A DNA stretch of 62,615 nucleotides, the filler included, from Choristocarpus tenellus KU-1152 (lineage: Eukaryota; Protista; Phaeophyceae): NCBI GenBank assembly GCA_964200185.2. It is 10 parts of 10 records of this genome, joined end to end, with 100 filler letters (N's around TTAATTAATTAA, not from the genome) between each part and the next. Parts side by side here need not be neighbours in the genome. Positions count along the whole stretch, not along the records: positions 1 to 16,362 come from CAXNAD020000837.1; positions 16,463 to 23,605 come from CAXNAD020006622.1; positions 23,706 to 26,869 come from CAXNAD020021840.1; 7 more parts are not named here. One strand, 5' to 3'. Each line of letters begins with the position of its first letter. Positions within the stretch are counted from its first letter, which is position 1. The notes under the pieces are model-generated. The model worked only from the letters and a program-made list of their open reading frames with translations. It made no database searches and was not told the DNA's origin. A program made the translations under genes and the position numbers. Below, in pieces: positions 11,377 to 25,036 of this stretch.

Positions 11377-14342
11377 ATGTTATTGGGATTACTGGTACTA
11401 TCTTTCCTTCCCCCATCCGCCTCTTTCTTTACCAGCACTTGGGTACACGACCGTTTGGGCTGGAAGAACTTCAATGTCGGACCAGAAACTCGAACGATGT
11501 CAATGGACAAGTTGGCCTCATGGGGTGGGATGGTATGGGATGTGGAGGTAGAATTACATGGGGAGCACAAAGTGATCACAGTGCAGCCAGGAGATAGCAT
11601 CCTTGAGTCCGCAGAAATGGCGGGGCTGACCCTGTCTTATGAATGTCGCAGAGGCAACTGCACCTCGTGTGCAGCAAAGATTTTACACGGTGAGGATGTT
11701 GAGGTTTTCTACGTTCTTGAACCAAACGAACTGTCTATTTCTATCTTCTTCTGTAAGGCATCTATCTAGATGTTAATTAAGATTCCACATTTTGTTCAAT
11801 AACTTGGTGTGGGTAAGTTGTGCCTCAAGTACGGGTGAAAAGCTTCCAAGGCGAGTCATTTAGACACAATGGGATTCACCTCATCTTTTCCCACATTTGT
11901 CTTCAGCACCATCGTTCTACGGAAAGTAGCGCACTTCACGAAAATGACCCCTCTACGCCCCCCATTGTCCGATACACATGGCATTAGAATGTAAGACTTG
12001 AAACATACTGTTGCCTTCCTCACCTATTTAGAGTTCTAGAACTCAGCTGACCTCTTATTTTTCCTTTTTTAGTGTGTTGAAATGCCCGCTCACTTTGCAT
12101 AATCTACAGTTGTCGCCACCCTACCGTCCCGTTACCACCTGACCCCTCACCAGGTTCATCTCCCTTCGTGGAGACACATGCAGAGAAGCGGTCTGGCACC
12201 AGCGATCCAGAGGTACCATACACATTGCTCATATTATGTTTTTGGAGGTGGCATTGATATCGAGCGTTTGACATACATTGCAATCTTTCTCTGATGTTAC
12301 AGGCAGTCCCCTAAAGGCAATGCGACACGGACACACCCGCAGGGAGGACAGTAACTTGTGTGTTCCATAACATGATGTATTTTACCTAAACGGGACTCGG
12401 ATTGAAGAATGGAAACTGTGATGTACCATCATGGTCCTCCCCCTTCGTGAATGATTTTTTCTCAGTTTTTTACTGTGCTTCTTGCTGAGTCAAGTTTTTC
12501 AATGTTACCTGTCAGGGCTATGTGCTGACTTGCTGCTCATTCCCTGTGGGGCCTGGAGTAAAGCTCAGCCTTGGGAGGAACCCAGACATGTGGGAGGTGA
12601 GCATTATCCTTTGCTAGCAGGGTGGCCTATTCTATTCTAGGGTTGTACTAGGAGGTAGGTGGCTGGTAAAAGAAATCTCCTTGAGCAGCTGCCTGTAAGG
12701 TAAAAACGAGTGCGCAATCTCGTTTGTGGCCACCAACCTGGCAGTGTTTCTTTGGACTATTTGGATGCCCTACTCACGATGCATAACAAACAGTCCTCAC
12801 TCGATTGTTCATCTACATTTGAATCCATATCCAGGACTTTTGTGCGCGCTTCACACAGGAGGAGACACGTGAAATGCTGTCAGAGGTGAGCTACACATCA
12901 GCCATTAAACAAGTTTATGCACAACTCTCGACTTTTTTTTAACATTGAATTCTTGTACGTATGCCTTGTTTCTGCAGATCAAACATCAATCTGACATATT
13001 AATACTTTACTATGGTACTGATAACAAGGGTTTTGTCCCCTAGCACACACGGTCATTCTGTTCACGGTTGGAGGATCACATGTGCTATCACCTCAAAGAA
13101 TAAGAAAAGTGGGTTGTTTATCAGTGCTATTGTGATTTTGTGCCCGTATTCATTTGTGCTTGTATTCTCTGGCAAACAAGTCGCAATGATGTTTTTCTGT
13201 TGTCCACGTGTTTAGTGATGCTGCTGAGAACTGTACATTCATGTCATTAAGTGTTACGAACTGCAACAGTTCGGTCGCTCGTCAGTTCAATTAATTGAGA
13301 ATAAGTGATAACTGAACTGAAAAGGTTGGTTATGCAGTTGTTTTTATGTTTGATCACAGTGGAAGCAGAAGTGTGACTGAATTTGTATCAGTCAGAGAAC
13401 CACACAACCTGGCGTGTTTGTCACAAGGTGCCACTACCCATAACTCACTATATACACATTCATGGCTTCGGATCTGCTTTAGACCAAAGGCAACTTTTGT
13501 GCGTCCAGAGGGACTCATTCAAGCCAGGGAGTTTTTTTTGCCTCGTGGTGCCGCACACCACCTGGTGCCTTGCATGCATTTTGCCCTCGGGGTCTCATGC
13601 ACCAACAGTTCAATTGAGTTATTCAATTTTTCCCCACCTGATTTAATTTTGACTGTAAGTTATTTTAGTTCACGACACTAGTCACATCCCATTGGTTCTC
13701 CCAGTCTTCTAGGTGTTGATTGACTCGCAGGGTCCAAGTGATGTCATTCATGTCAGCCCTATTCAACCCATTGTTCCTATCTGTGCTGAATGTAATCCGG
13801 TAGATGGGTACGTGCCGGTAAGTGTTGGAAGGTGTCAAGTAAGTTACTGATTGCAGCTTATCACCTGGTTGATTTAATGGGTTGTTGATGAGCTCCTTAA
13901 CCACATTTCTAATACGAGCACCAGGAGCATACTACCCCGTGCTCAATGGTACTTGCCCTTCTGTTGTCCTAGCGCTCTGATGCACCTGCGTAGCATGCAC
14001 CACAAATGGTTCTTCTGTACTAATTTTATTTGAAGGGATTTGACTGTCATGTTTTGTACTCCAATACCTTTTGTTGTGCTGCTTGAACTGTCCTGTTTAC
14101 CCTTCATCTATTGGCATTATGCTGTGAGCACAAGAGTCCGCATTATGACAGAAGGGTTCAATCATACAAAGATTATGCATGTGTCAAGCTCTCTGCTCAT
14201 CCCCAATCATATATCACCTGCTATCCTTCCACGCTTGTTGTACTTGATCCTGTTCCAGGCAAGCTCTGAAATCCGGATGGATTATGCAAATAAATATCCA
14301 GAGGAATTGAGAGAGTATCTTTCGCGACAGATGCCCGAGTAA
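11377..14342 (+). CDS. Plastid-targeted plant-type [2Fe-2S] ferredoxin with C-terminal extension; 5 exons (11377-11689, 12154-12212, 12516-12596, 12835-12885, 14259-14342), ~195 aa
   Basis: Signal peptide MLLGLLVLSFLPPSAS|FF (ASAFAP-like); SILESAEMAGLTLSYECRRGNCTSC ... GYVLTC; all introns GT-AG and phase-compatible. Confidence 0.88.
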
Positions 14343-16362
14343 AGTATAGCTATAACTATTTGGAAAGTTCCAGTATAATGTTTTGCTCGAGGTACGAAAG
14401 CCCCAGGAAATTGCTAGGTGCCTTGGTCTGTGTGGATTGTGGACTGTATTTTACCGTCAGCAAGGGAACTTTGTGGTAATCATTCCTAGGTGCATTGCAT
14501 CATATGGTGCAGTGTGGAAGGGTATTGATCCCTTGTTGCCTTGGCAACACAGTAGGGTGTTGCTAATATTTTATGGTGAGGGTGTGGAAGATGCAAGAAG
14601 GCACCAAGACTAAGGGATGTTAAGGCTTATGGAGAAGACAATGTGCTGAATTCAGGTTTTCCTAACACTACTTTCTGATTTCCCTGTGGTAGTGATCTCC
14701 CTTTCCCCCTGGCACAATTTTATGCGTGATATAGGTTTGTACAGTGTTTTAGGAGCCAGGTTCTCTGTGGTTTGTTAGGTATTTTGCCATAGATGAAGTC
14801 AGTTTCTCATCTAATCTTGGTCGACATGGCGTTGTGATACATTTTAGATATACATGTGTGTTCAAAAAGTTAAATAATCTCTCCAGAAAACTTGAGCCGC
14901 GACAATAATGAACTATGCCATGGTTTTTGTCTCTGCAACTTTCCAAATCATTTACCATAGTACTCCCCTGGTATCTTTTTATCAACTGCTGAACACAGGA
15001 GAGATGTATGCTATTAACTTCCGCTTACAAGAGATTGTGTGTTGGGTATAGTGTGTGCTGTGAGCTGTGATATGAAATATGGACAGCTATGTGTAATACA
15101 AAATTTCCTAAGATGTGTGTTTGAGTGTGTGTCTGTATGCTTGTGTTCATGGTAGAAGCCTGATATTATCAAATTTCAAATTTTAAATAAGAGTGGTGAT
15201 CCGATCTTGGTTTATCCACAATCATGATAGTACTGGGCCCCATTCAACACCTGGTCTAAGCTGTATCACTTTATTGGCTGTAGTGTACATGTTGTGGGAC
15301 CTACTTCGAGTGGGTTGTTGGGGGTGAGATGTAGGTCAGTGGTCTGTGGGGGGAGTATGCTTGGCTGCATCATTATCCTCATGTTGGAATGGCGGTTTCT
15401 GGGGTACAATACACATGTCTTACCTTCAAGCAAACCTTCATAGACATCCAGTATCAGGAATAGGTCTTGTTTTTATTTTTATTTAATAATTGGTGTTATA
15501 CTTCCTCCACTCGGAATTTAATGTAACATAACTTTTGCAACGTCTGTTCTCGCCTGGGAACGACCTGCGTGTATAAACCCTGTGGACAAGGCTTACTTCT
15601 CATATAGATTGGGAGGCGTGCAAAGTTTGAGATAGTGGGCTGTCATGACTGTGAAGGATCACCAGGGCAAAGTCGACCAAGTCATATTGGTCAGGTTCAA
15701 AAACTTCATGAAACTGTCAAAGCGAGTGATTATTGGGATGCCTAGGACAAATGCTTGCTCATCCCATCACCCCCTACTGGTCCCAATTCTTCAGTCCAGA
15801 AGTCTGCTGGAGTCAGGACTCAAACACCCCGACAAAGAACAGCGTGGTGGCGTGATGCCTAGAGGCAAGAGGGCGTGAGCTGCCTCAGGGGGTGGCAATG
15901 ACCATCATGGAGGACTTTGGAATTTCCCGCACAGGGGTGCTTGGTCATCTGAAGGAGTATGGCAGCCAGACTGTAGGGTAAATGCAAGTACCTTTTATGA
16001 CGTCACAAGGGCCAATGTGTGTCCGCCATATACAACTATCCCTGACATTTGGGATGTCCCATTGGTACACCACACATCCTTCTCCAAACGGGTGACCAAA
16101 GCTGGGGTCTCCCTTGCCTCATTGTGGGATCCATGCAAGTGTGACAAGGTGAAGAAGGTCAAGCAGTGGATTAGGCCAGTCCTCTCAGACCAGTAGAAAG
16201 TCAACAGGGTGGGTTTTGTCGTCGGCTGCACTCGCAGTAGGGGGAAAAGTGTGGTTTTTGTGGACGATCTGTATGACTGTGTGTGAGGATGAGAAGTGGT
16301 TTTAAGTACTCAAAGATGGGCAAGGTGTCTACCTCCACCCCCATTAAGGACCCCCTAACACC

Positions 16363-16462
16363 NNNNNNNNNNNNNNNNNNNNNNNNNNNNNNNNNNNNNN
16401 NNNNNNTTAATTAATTAANNNNNNNNNNNNNNNNNNNNNNNNNNNNNNNNNNNNNNNNNNNN
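16363..16462. other. Artificial contig linker
   Basis: N44-TTAATTAATTAA-N44, with stops in all six frames. Confidence 0.98.
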
Positions 16463-19400
16463 TTTTTTTTGGGGTTTTGGGGGTTGGGGGGGGGGGGGGG
16501 GGGGGAGGGGAGGTGATTGTGGTTGTGTTTTACATTTTGTTTGTTGTGTTATACGATCTAAATTACTCAATAATAATGATGCATTATTGCCTTCGCTTTG
16601 GGGGGCTGGGAGGGGGAGTGGGGAGGAAACGTTTACTGTCATGTCGACTGCAATTCATTCTTAGAAAGGGGGGTGGAGGGATTTGATCACCTTCAGTGTC
16701 TATGAAAAGCGTTTTTTTGAATCCACTTTGGTGAGGGTCCTTTCTATATATTCAGGGGAGGGGGGGGGGAAGGGAAATGTAATGATGAAATCAGGAGTAT
16801 CATTTTTGTTTTCATGGCTATGGGTGTGGTGGAGGAGTTTTCCACTGCATGGGAAGGCAGGTGTTACACTGTTTTCATGCAAGTAGGAAAGGAACAATAT
16901 CATCCTATCTTTAAGGGGTCCCACAGTACTTTCTAGAACTACAAATCACCAGGACCACGAGAGAGCTATGTAGTGCCATTGAGCATTTTATGTTGCTCTG
17001 TAGTGCCATGAACTACATTGGACTATCCTTCATCCTAGGGGCTGCCTTGGAGCCAAAGATCACCCAACACCGCATCCCCCTCTTACGGACAACATTCCCA
17101 ATTATCTGCATGCAGCTGAGATACTGTGCTATGGTGATTTGACACACTCGGTATTGTTGCCAACTCTTTCATGCTGTAACCCCCCCTCTCCCCCCCTCCT
17201 CCAAGCACAGGATGTCAGAAGAATTGCTTGACAGTGTTGGCACCCTCTAAGAAGAATTGCTTGACAGTTGGCATCCAGGGTTTTATTGCACGGATCCTCT
17301 TTCTATTCTACTCATTGTTAGTCTTTGTATATAGGTATATATACATAAATACATATACATGTTGATTTCTGTCTCTTATGTGGTGTGTGTTTAAAGTTAC
17401 CCTCCATTAAGCACCACTACTCCTGAACCACTTACGTCTCCCTGTGTGTGTGTGCTGGAGAGAGGTGTCTTGTTAGAGGTGTCATTACGGGTGTTGGAAT
17501 AAATCCGGACTGTGTGGTGTGACCAAACGTTTGCGTTGTTTTTTTCAATAATAAAAAAAGTGAACATTGCGTACGTCCCTTGGAGAAGAATGAAACTCTA
17601 GCCCTAAGAACAACATATTATTGTGTCGGAAGAATCCTCTATCCTATTTGTGACGAAACATTAATCCTTCACCTTCAACCTTTGACCCCTCCACTCCACC
17701 TAGTTGACTGGGTTTGAGTTTGGTGTCTGATTTTTTCTGATTTTGTCTGATTTTGTTACTTCCTTGAGGATGTGCGTACCTAGTAAGTTCCATGTGGGAA
17801 ATTTGGGTCAACTGTCTCTATAAATAATTTGTTCCACAATGTCTGTGTGTGTGTGTGTGTGTGTCTGTTTGTGTCATAGACCAAACGATTATTGTTTTGG
17901 AAAGATATATATTTCTGATCTAAGATGCCACATATTTTCGATTCTCAGGAGAGTTCGTACCATCATGAAAACGATGTCCAAAATATTTCCTCTTGACAAC
18001 AGCTCTGAGCTGCCCTGGCTTGCTTCGTAGTAACCTGCGGCTAGAGCATTTCGAACTCTGAGGCTTGAGGATGTACTCTGCTGGGTCTGGTCTATCCATC
18101 CTAATAGAAGTGGCCCATGCTGCAAGTCATTTTATAGTGCATACAAATATATTTGCGTAGATGGGTGGGTTACCCACCTCAACCTAGGCATCATCTGATA
18201 TCTCGGGTCAATTCCAATCAATGCGGCACCATCATGGGCCAATTTCAGAACAATTATGACCAAATTTCGAATGGTCTCAACAAGGACATCAACACAACCC
18301 TTATTTGACAGCCCAGTTCCCCAAACCTTGCCAGCTATTGGACTGCGCTCCATTGCGAAAAGAGCGCTGCCTGGACGACACAGAGATAGGGTCACATCAG
18401 TCTCAGGTACATCCAATAAGAGGGTGTGATTCCCAAATACCAGGAATATCTAATCTTTTCCTGCATACACCAAATCCAACCCAACATTTACGTGCATCGG
18501 GGGCTTCGACTGTGGATATCTTTATCCCCCCTTTTGAGCCATGCGGACTCCTGATCACCCTTCATCCTCCCATCGTACGTTGGAGTCGCGACAGCAGTCT
18601 GCTTCAGCTGCGGTTCAAACCTATTACCTCTGCATTTGTCAAGGTGCTGAGACATCACTGTTCCACTGAGGCACTGGCACCTCGATGGGAGTCACCGTGG
18701 TTTATCAAGAACTTAGGATTCTTTGGTTTGTTCAAAACCTATCACAACTAGTGACAAAATTTAAGGGATTGCGACTGATAGTCTTGACTTTTTTGTGTAA
18801 CAAGTTGGTCTCTCTTGTGATCACAGTTCAGAAGCGTCCCACTTTGAGGAACTGGGATGTCTACCTCCCTACATGCTCTCCCTATTGTGAGGTTTTCCTG
18901 TATGACTGCATGGCTGAAGTTTCACTCTCAGAAGTCACAAAAAGAGTTGAGCAGATGAAGTTTTGGCATGTTTGCCATGGACGCGTGTGATCCGTAAGGC
19001 TAGATGACTTGTTTGTATTAGGGGCAGGTGAGGTCCAGCATATTTTTCTCATGTCAAGAACTTTTTATTTTACAGTAGTCCATTTATCGTATTAGAATGT
19101 ACAACTGCTAAGAGGGAGGGCTACCCGTGCTGGAAAGAGGACAAGCACAACAATAACTCATCCAAAAAGGTGCGAAAAGAGAGGAAGGAGGGAGGAGGGG
19201 TAGAACCTGATGACACCATGCACTGTATCACTCCGAACTGAATCCAATGGAGCTATGTGTGAGGACCATTGAAGTGATGCCATGGACTTGAATCCCAGGT
19301 CAACATACGCTATTTGTTGGAGGGACGCACAATGAGAGTATGGGCCCAAGAGTTGGATATCTTTGGATGATGCCCTTCGTGTGCTGTCAGTACAGGTGTG

Positions 19401-20715
19401 CTTGGAAGGCGCAAGGAATGGTGCACAATATATATAAACAACCATTACACAAGAACAAAACCCCTGCGCACGTGTCACAATAGACAAAACTTAGACCCAC
19501 TGAATCCCTACAGATTTAACGCATGTAACTGTGTGGCATGTACTGTATGATATAATTAAATGCCACAAAGTGCCACAATAAGTCCTTCCTTCATTTTTCA
19601 CCATACTGTACACAAGGCTTGAATCAATCGTCCAGTGACACCTGTTTTAAAAAAGGGGAACCGTTGTGCCTGTAACAGAAACCGTTCCATTCAGTCAGCT
19701 AAAAAAAAGAAGTTACACATTGTTCACGATAAGTGAAAGAGGTGCGCTCTGTGCAAACATGTTGCACATAAGACAGCACTATCATTGAAGGAGTCACACC
19801 ACACACCATCCTCCTACACTATGCCCACCCTGAATTGTAGTAGTCCTCACCCTCTACTTGTGGAGCAGCTCCAACACTCCCCTTCCCCTTCCCATTGCCC
19901 CGCTTCCCACCTCCTCCACTGCCTCCATCCCTTGGGTGGTTTGTTCTCCCACCACCCCCCCCAATGAAAGGATTGATTTGTGCCTCAACCTCCATCTCTG
20001 ATTCACTCTCCTCCTCATGGCTGGGTAGTGACTGGAATTTCCTGCCTGAATCTGCTGCTCCCCCAATGGCGCGCTTAAAGCGGATACCATTCCCTTGATT
20101 ACACCGGGAGGGTTGCTGAGGCGGATCCTAAGGAGAATGGGAGGGGGATTGAAGGTTAAAACCAACACATTGCAAAATTCTGTGTATCGTGCACCGGAAG
20201 AATCGTTTTCCACATACATCGATGAAACTTCTTTCACAATGGAGTCCCCAGGCGTAACGTGATTCCATGTCCCACAAGATAGGCCAGGAAAAAGATCTTA
20301 TCCCCTACCAAGAACGATGTTGAAGATGAACAAGTATCGGCTTAGTATGCACACACACACACACACACACACACACAACACCCCATCAATGAGACGTGGA
20401 GAAGCTTGGTGGGATGTCGATGCCTGATGTTACCAGAGCTAGTTCAATAATATCTAAAAGTCGCAAGTAACATCACCAGAAAAATGCGTGCACCACCATT
20501 CGCATCCGCACAGGGGGCACACTGGCACAATCCACCTCAACCAGACACATACACACGTCTCAAGCCAAATGAAAACAAAAACTTGATCTCCACAACACTA
20601 TCTCTTCCGGATAAATTTCCTCACACAAGCACCACAAGGGGGCGGGCATGCGACGCACTGGAAAGAGAAAAACGCCCCCTTCATCATACACTCCAAAGTC
20701 ACTCCTCGTCACACA

Positions 20716-23439
20716 TCACTTTGTCACTCTCAAAAACTCTCCCCCCTCCCCAAATCTCCTCACCAGCCCTAGGTCGACGTCGATCTCCTCATCATCAGGG
20801 TCTTCGTAATGCCCATTGGGTGCCGGAGCCCCATCAACACTGTCATTGCTGTTGACTCTTGCATATTTCCCAATTTTCCCCCTTTGTCGCCCTGATCGAG
20901 TGCCTGCCCGGGTGCCGCTATTTCCCCCACCAGTGCGCTGTTGCATCTCCAGCAATCCCCCCACCCCACCTCCACTAATGCCTCCCAGCTCAGCCCCTCC
21001 CCTATCCTTCTGTTGGTAGTTTCGTACATTGGCCCAGAGGCTTGCCAAGCCCAAGACGGCTGCCATCCAGAATGCAATCTGCTCAGTGCAAAACCAGTAT
21101 ATAGAGACAAGGGGTAGGTAGGGTGGTATGTGTGCGAATACATGTGTGAAGAGAATAGATTATTGACAGTTTGTGAAAAGGGTAATATGCAAAGAAGTGA
21201 AATCTACAAAGTGATGGATAAAATAGGAAGGAAAAAACTACGTCTCGAGGGGTGGACACGGGGGAGGGGGGGAGGAAGAGAGTCTGCTCCGAGAGGGAGA
21301 TTTGTATTGACATGCACACCATCCAGCAGATACAGAACAGACGAGAGAGTAAAGGTAACTTCAACGTAAAACAGAACATAGGCCACGAGGAATGCAGCTA
21401 CAAAGGGTAAGCACAGGCAAAAGATTGGATCATTGGACCATGCCCCCGACGATATGTTCTCAATTCCGGGGGCAATTTGTTCTTGGTGCACACAGATTAG
21501 GGTCATATTCGTGGGTATGTCAAGAGGCCTGTCAGCATTAGCATTTTGATCATCCCGATCAGAGACGCACTCGCTCAAATAAAGTCGTTGGGACTTGAGT
21601 CTAAGCATTCTGACACCTTTTATGTTCCACTTCCATTCCAGACAATCAATTGGCGCCCACGTCAGCACGCTGAGGATCTCACCCTTGCAACTGCAAAAAG
21701 CACACACACACACACATCAATACGCACACAAACGAGCATTCAATAGCAAAGCACACATAGTCCAAGCACTAAGACAGGACAAAAAAGACAAAAAAGAGTC
21801 CACACGGCCTATCCCTTTCTCATAAACTGGACCAACCTTATACACATGGGCGGACTGCTCCACCCTGTCCAGGTGTTCCCACAGCAAGCCGGTGCCATTG
21901 CCGGTCTCATTGAAGCACAGCTCCTCTGTCCACCTCAGGCGCATCTCTTCCTTCCTCTTGCTCTCGCCCCCATCGCTACCAACCGGTGCTCTAGGAGCTT
22001 GCGTCTGTGCCGGCGACGATCCCTCCAATATAGGCGGGGGGTTGAGATGCACACAGAGGATGCCGGACACATTTCGCTCACAACGCGCCATACGCGACCC
22101 CGTCACGAGCCCCCCCCACCCCAAGTCCTCATCTGTACAGGCATCTGCTGGATCCACTATCACACTGCAGGGTGGACGTTTCCCACAACACACAAGTCAG
22201 CCCCGAAGTGCGATCGGGGAGCAGAAACGTCCAGATGGCAAAAAACAGTTCGTCAGCTGCTGGGGAGGGGAAACTCGTGGGGGATGCAGGCGCCGCCCGC
22301 ACCAACGGTCTCTCTATGCATTACAATACAGCCAAGATTTATTTTTTTTCGAAGAAAATATGAGAAAAAAAAAGGGGGGGGTCGGGGGGGATAGGGGGGG
22401 GGGGGGGGGGGGGGGCGGGGCGTTCATTCAAAAACATTTCTTGTCTTGTGCCTTTGGAATGGAATGCCCCGGCTCTGCAACACACCTCGGATATGTAAAA
22501 AAATCTTGCACCAGTTGTGGGGAGAACAAGACTTACTGCCTCGATATAGAACACGCCTTCTTGGTTATTGGTGTAAGTAAACCTTCCCATCGTTATTGTA
22601 CCGCGATTCAACTTCCACTGTGTGCGTGCGTGCGTGCGTGTGTGCGCGCGTGCGAGCGCTTTTACACGAGAGCGAGAGACTCGCCATGAATGTTTTTTTT
22701 TCAGTTTTGAGCTATTACGAGTCTAATAATGCGGATGGCTTCCATTATTAGTATATATATATATATATTTATATCTAGCGCAAACCATGCGAGCCGTCCT
22801 CTTCCACAAAACAGATTTGGATCCCCGGAAAAATTTCATCAGCAACTAATTATCACCATAACGCTGTTTGCATCGGAAAAGATGATAAAGCACCACGCCG
22901 TCAAGCACCTTGGAACACTGCCTTGTCCTAAAAAAAAAAAAAGGGCACCCCTCTTCAGATGCACCACTCACTGTTGCACTCTCCTTCCCCTGTAAGGAGA
23001 GCGAGCACGTACAACCGCAGCAGCCTGTACTTCACCAACACAAGAACCACGAACGCCATCCCGAACCTCTACAAACTCCCCGCTGAATATACGCTCAACG
23101 GCAATGGTAGCACTGAAGCTGAGACTCGACCAACTTCACTTTTCTTTTTCTGCAGCACCACAGCAAGCGATTGGATGAGATCCCCTAAACTTCCTAGACC
23201 CCACCCACCTCTCCCTGCTCTCCTTTCTACCTACCCCCGCCCCAACCCTGCAAGACTCACCTACGGTTCTGCGTCATAATAGCATAACCTCCGCCTGCCA
23301 GGTTCACGGCATTCACCGCGCCTGCCTCAATCAGCAAATCTGCGAGCTCATAGAGGTCCACACCATCACTCCTTTTGGGGCGTGGTGTTTCTTTAGAGCC
23401 ATCTAGATCTTCCTGACCCAGCTCGGATGCGCCGGACAT
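20716..23439 (-). CDS. NAGPA: NAGPA/uncovering-enzyme-like phosphodiester glycosidase, type I membrane protein, 5'-partial; exons 23439-23261, 22164-21837, 21078-20716
   Basis: GVDLYELADLLIEAGAVNAVNLAGGGYA (cf. NAINLDGGGS); SVIVDPADAC...RCERNVSGILCVH (cf. PSDHC...RCPRQVSTVVCVH); TM segment IAFWMAAVLGLASLWANV; tail contains YARV. Confidence 0.8.
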
Positions 23440-23605
23440 CTGCGTGGGAGCGTTAGGTTCAAGGTTTATTGTAACAGCCAAGCGTAAAAAGAAGCCCCCC
23501 CCCCGGGAACAGGTGCAAGATTATTGGCTTGCTTCCATGAGAGGGTGATAGGTGAGTGGGGGGGGTGGGGGGGTGGGTGCATAGAAGTGATTAACACTGG
23601 TAACA

Positions 23606-23705
23606 NNNNNNNNNNNNNNNNNNNNNNNNNNNNNNNNNNNNNNNNNNNNTTAATTAATTAANNNNNNNNNNNNNNNNNNNNNNNNNNNNNNNNNNNNNNN
23701 NNNNN
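23606..23705. other. Artificial contig linker
   Basis: N44-TTAATTAATTAA-N44. Confidence 0.98.
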
Positions 23706-23792
23706 AAAATGTCATAAAAAAACCCACGGGAAGCCAAGCCCCACAAATGGACAAACAGGGGAAAATTCGTACCCTCTAAGATAGGTTCACTC
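23706..23792 (+). mobile_element. MITE family A, 3' part truncated by contig start
   Basis: ...CAAATGGACAAACAGG...GTACCCTCTAAGATAGGTTCACTC. Confidence 0.85.
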
Positions 23793-24307
23793 TTGCCAGT
23801 CCTATCAAAGGCATAAGACCTCGCACACTCTCACCTCATTACTGACAGGATATATGCCTATCACACGTCCATTTTAACGACTTGCTATTGACCTAGTTAA
23901 ATATAAGACCACATCTGACGGTGCAAAATATGTGTTATCCGTTGTAGACCATCTTACAAGATTCGCAATCTTGGTTGGCATTGCAAATAAGCAAGAAAAA
24001 ACCGTTGCTAAAGCTCTCGTCTATCTTATTTTTTCCGTCTTTGGTCCTCCTGAAACTCTCCACTCTGACCAAGGCAAAGAATTTGATAATAAACTCCTGG
24101 CTAAGTTTGCGTAAAGTGTATGGATATCAGAATAAAACCAAGAAACGGCATATCGACCACGAGGCAATAGTATATTTGAACGTATTCATTCTACAATGCA
24201 TGGTATGCTGGCCATGTATTCAAATATGGACCAATCTGGCTGGGCCGCATTATTGCCCTTTGTCCAGCTAGCACATAATACAGCCTACAATACCACTGTT
24301 CAAGAAA

Positions 24308-24568
24308 GAGCCAAGGTATCTTAGAGGGTGGAGCGGTGTCCATTTGGGGGTCAAAATCCAATGTTGTGATTTTGATGTAATTTTGGCTGTCATGTTTGCT
24401 AGTAAGTGTCAATATCCTTGTTCCAGACACACCTTTTCATAACATACACATTTTACCTATTCCTAAACTTTTTGGAGTAGGTAAAATGTCGTTAAAAAAA
24501 ACATGGGAAGCCAAACACCAAAAAGGACAAACATGGCAAAACTCGTACCCTCTAAGATACTTTCACTC
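24308..24568 (+). mobile_element. MITE family A copy inside integrase
   Basis: Both TIRs; AAA duplicated; excision restores Q-E-T-P-F-F. Confidence 0.92.
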
Positions 24569-24785
24569 AAACCCCATTTTTTCTCATGTTTGGCAGACGC
24601 CCAATTTTACCAATTGATCTCATTTTGGGGGTCCCTGAGGTCACCCCCATAACTGCACAAGAATACAGTATGAAAGCAGTGGAGAATTTACAACTAGCCT
24701 ATGAATTAGCCCGGCGTAATATTGGTGAGATGTGGTTCTACGGAATAAATCAAAGAACGTGAATCATAAACTCCCACTATACGAA

Positions 24786-25036
24786 GAGCCAAAGTATCTT
24801 AGAGGGTAGAGTCACGTCCATTTGGGGGCCAAAATCCACTATTGCGATTTTGATGTAACTTTGGCCATCGTGTTTGTCAGGAAGTGTCAATATCCATGTT
24901 CTGGACGCACCTTTTCATAACATATACATTTTACCTACTTTTTGGATTAGGAAAATATCTTAAAATAAACAATTGGAAGCCAAGCCCCAGATGGACAAAC
25001 AGGGCAAAACTCGTACCCTCTAAGATACTTTCACTC
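24786..25036 (+). mobile_element. MITE family A copy inside integrase
   Basis: Both TIRs; CGAA duplicated; excision restores Y-E-P-G-D-K-V. Confidence 0.92.

Noticed and set aside
16407-16418. Recurring TTAATTAATTAA palindrome as a biological repeat
   Set aside because: Always centred in N44 pads; it is a synthetic six-frame stop linker.
17900-19100. LINE reverse-transcriptase remnant on the minus strand
   Set aside because: Only a YLGIT-like word supports it; too degenerate to call.
21204-21713. ORF with a hydrophobic stretch as an extra NAGPA exon
   Set aside because: Exon 22164-21837 splices in phase directly to 21078 and already provides the TM helix; not excluded without RNA-seq.
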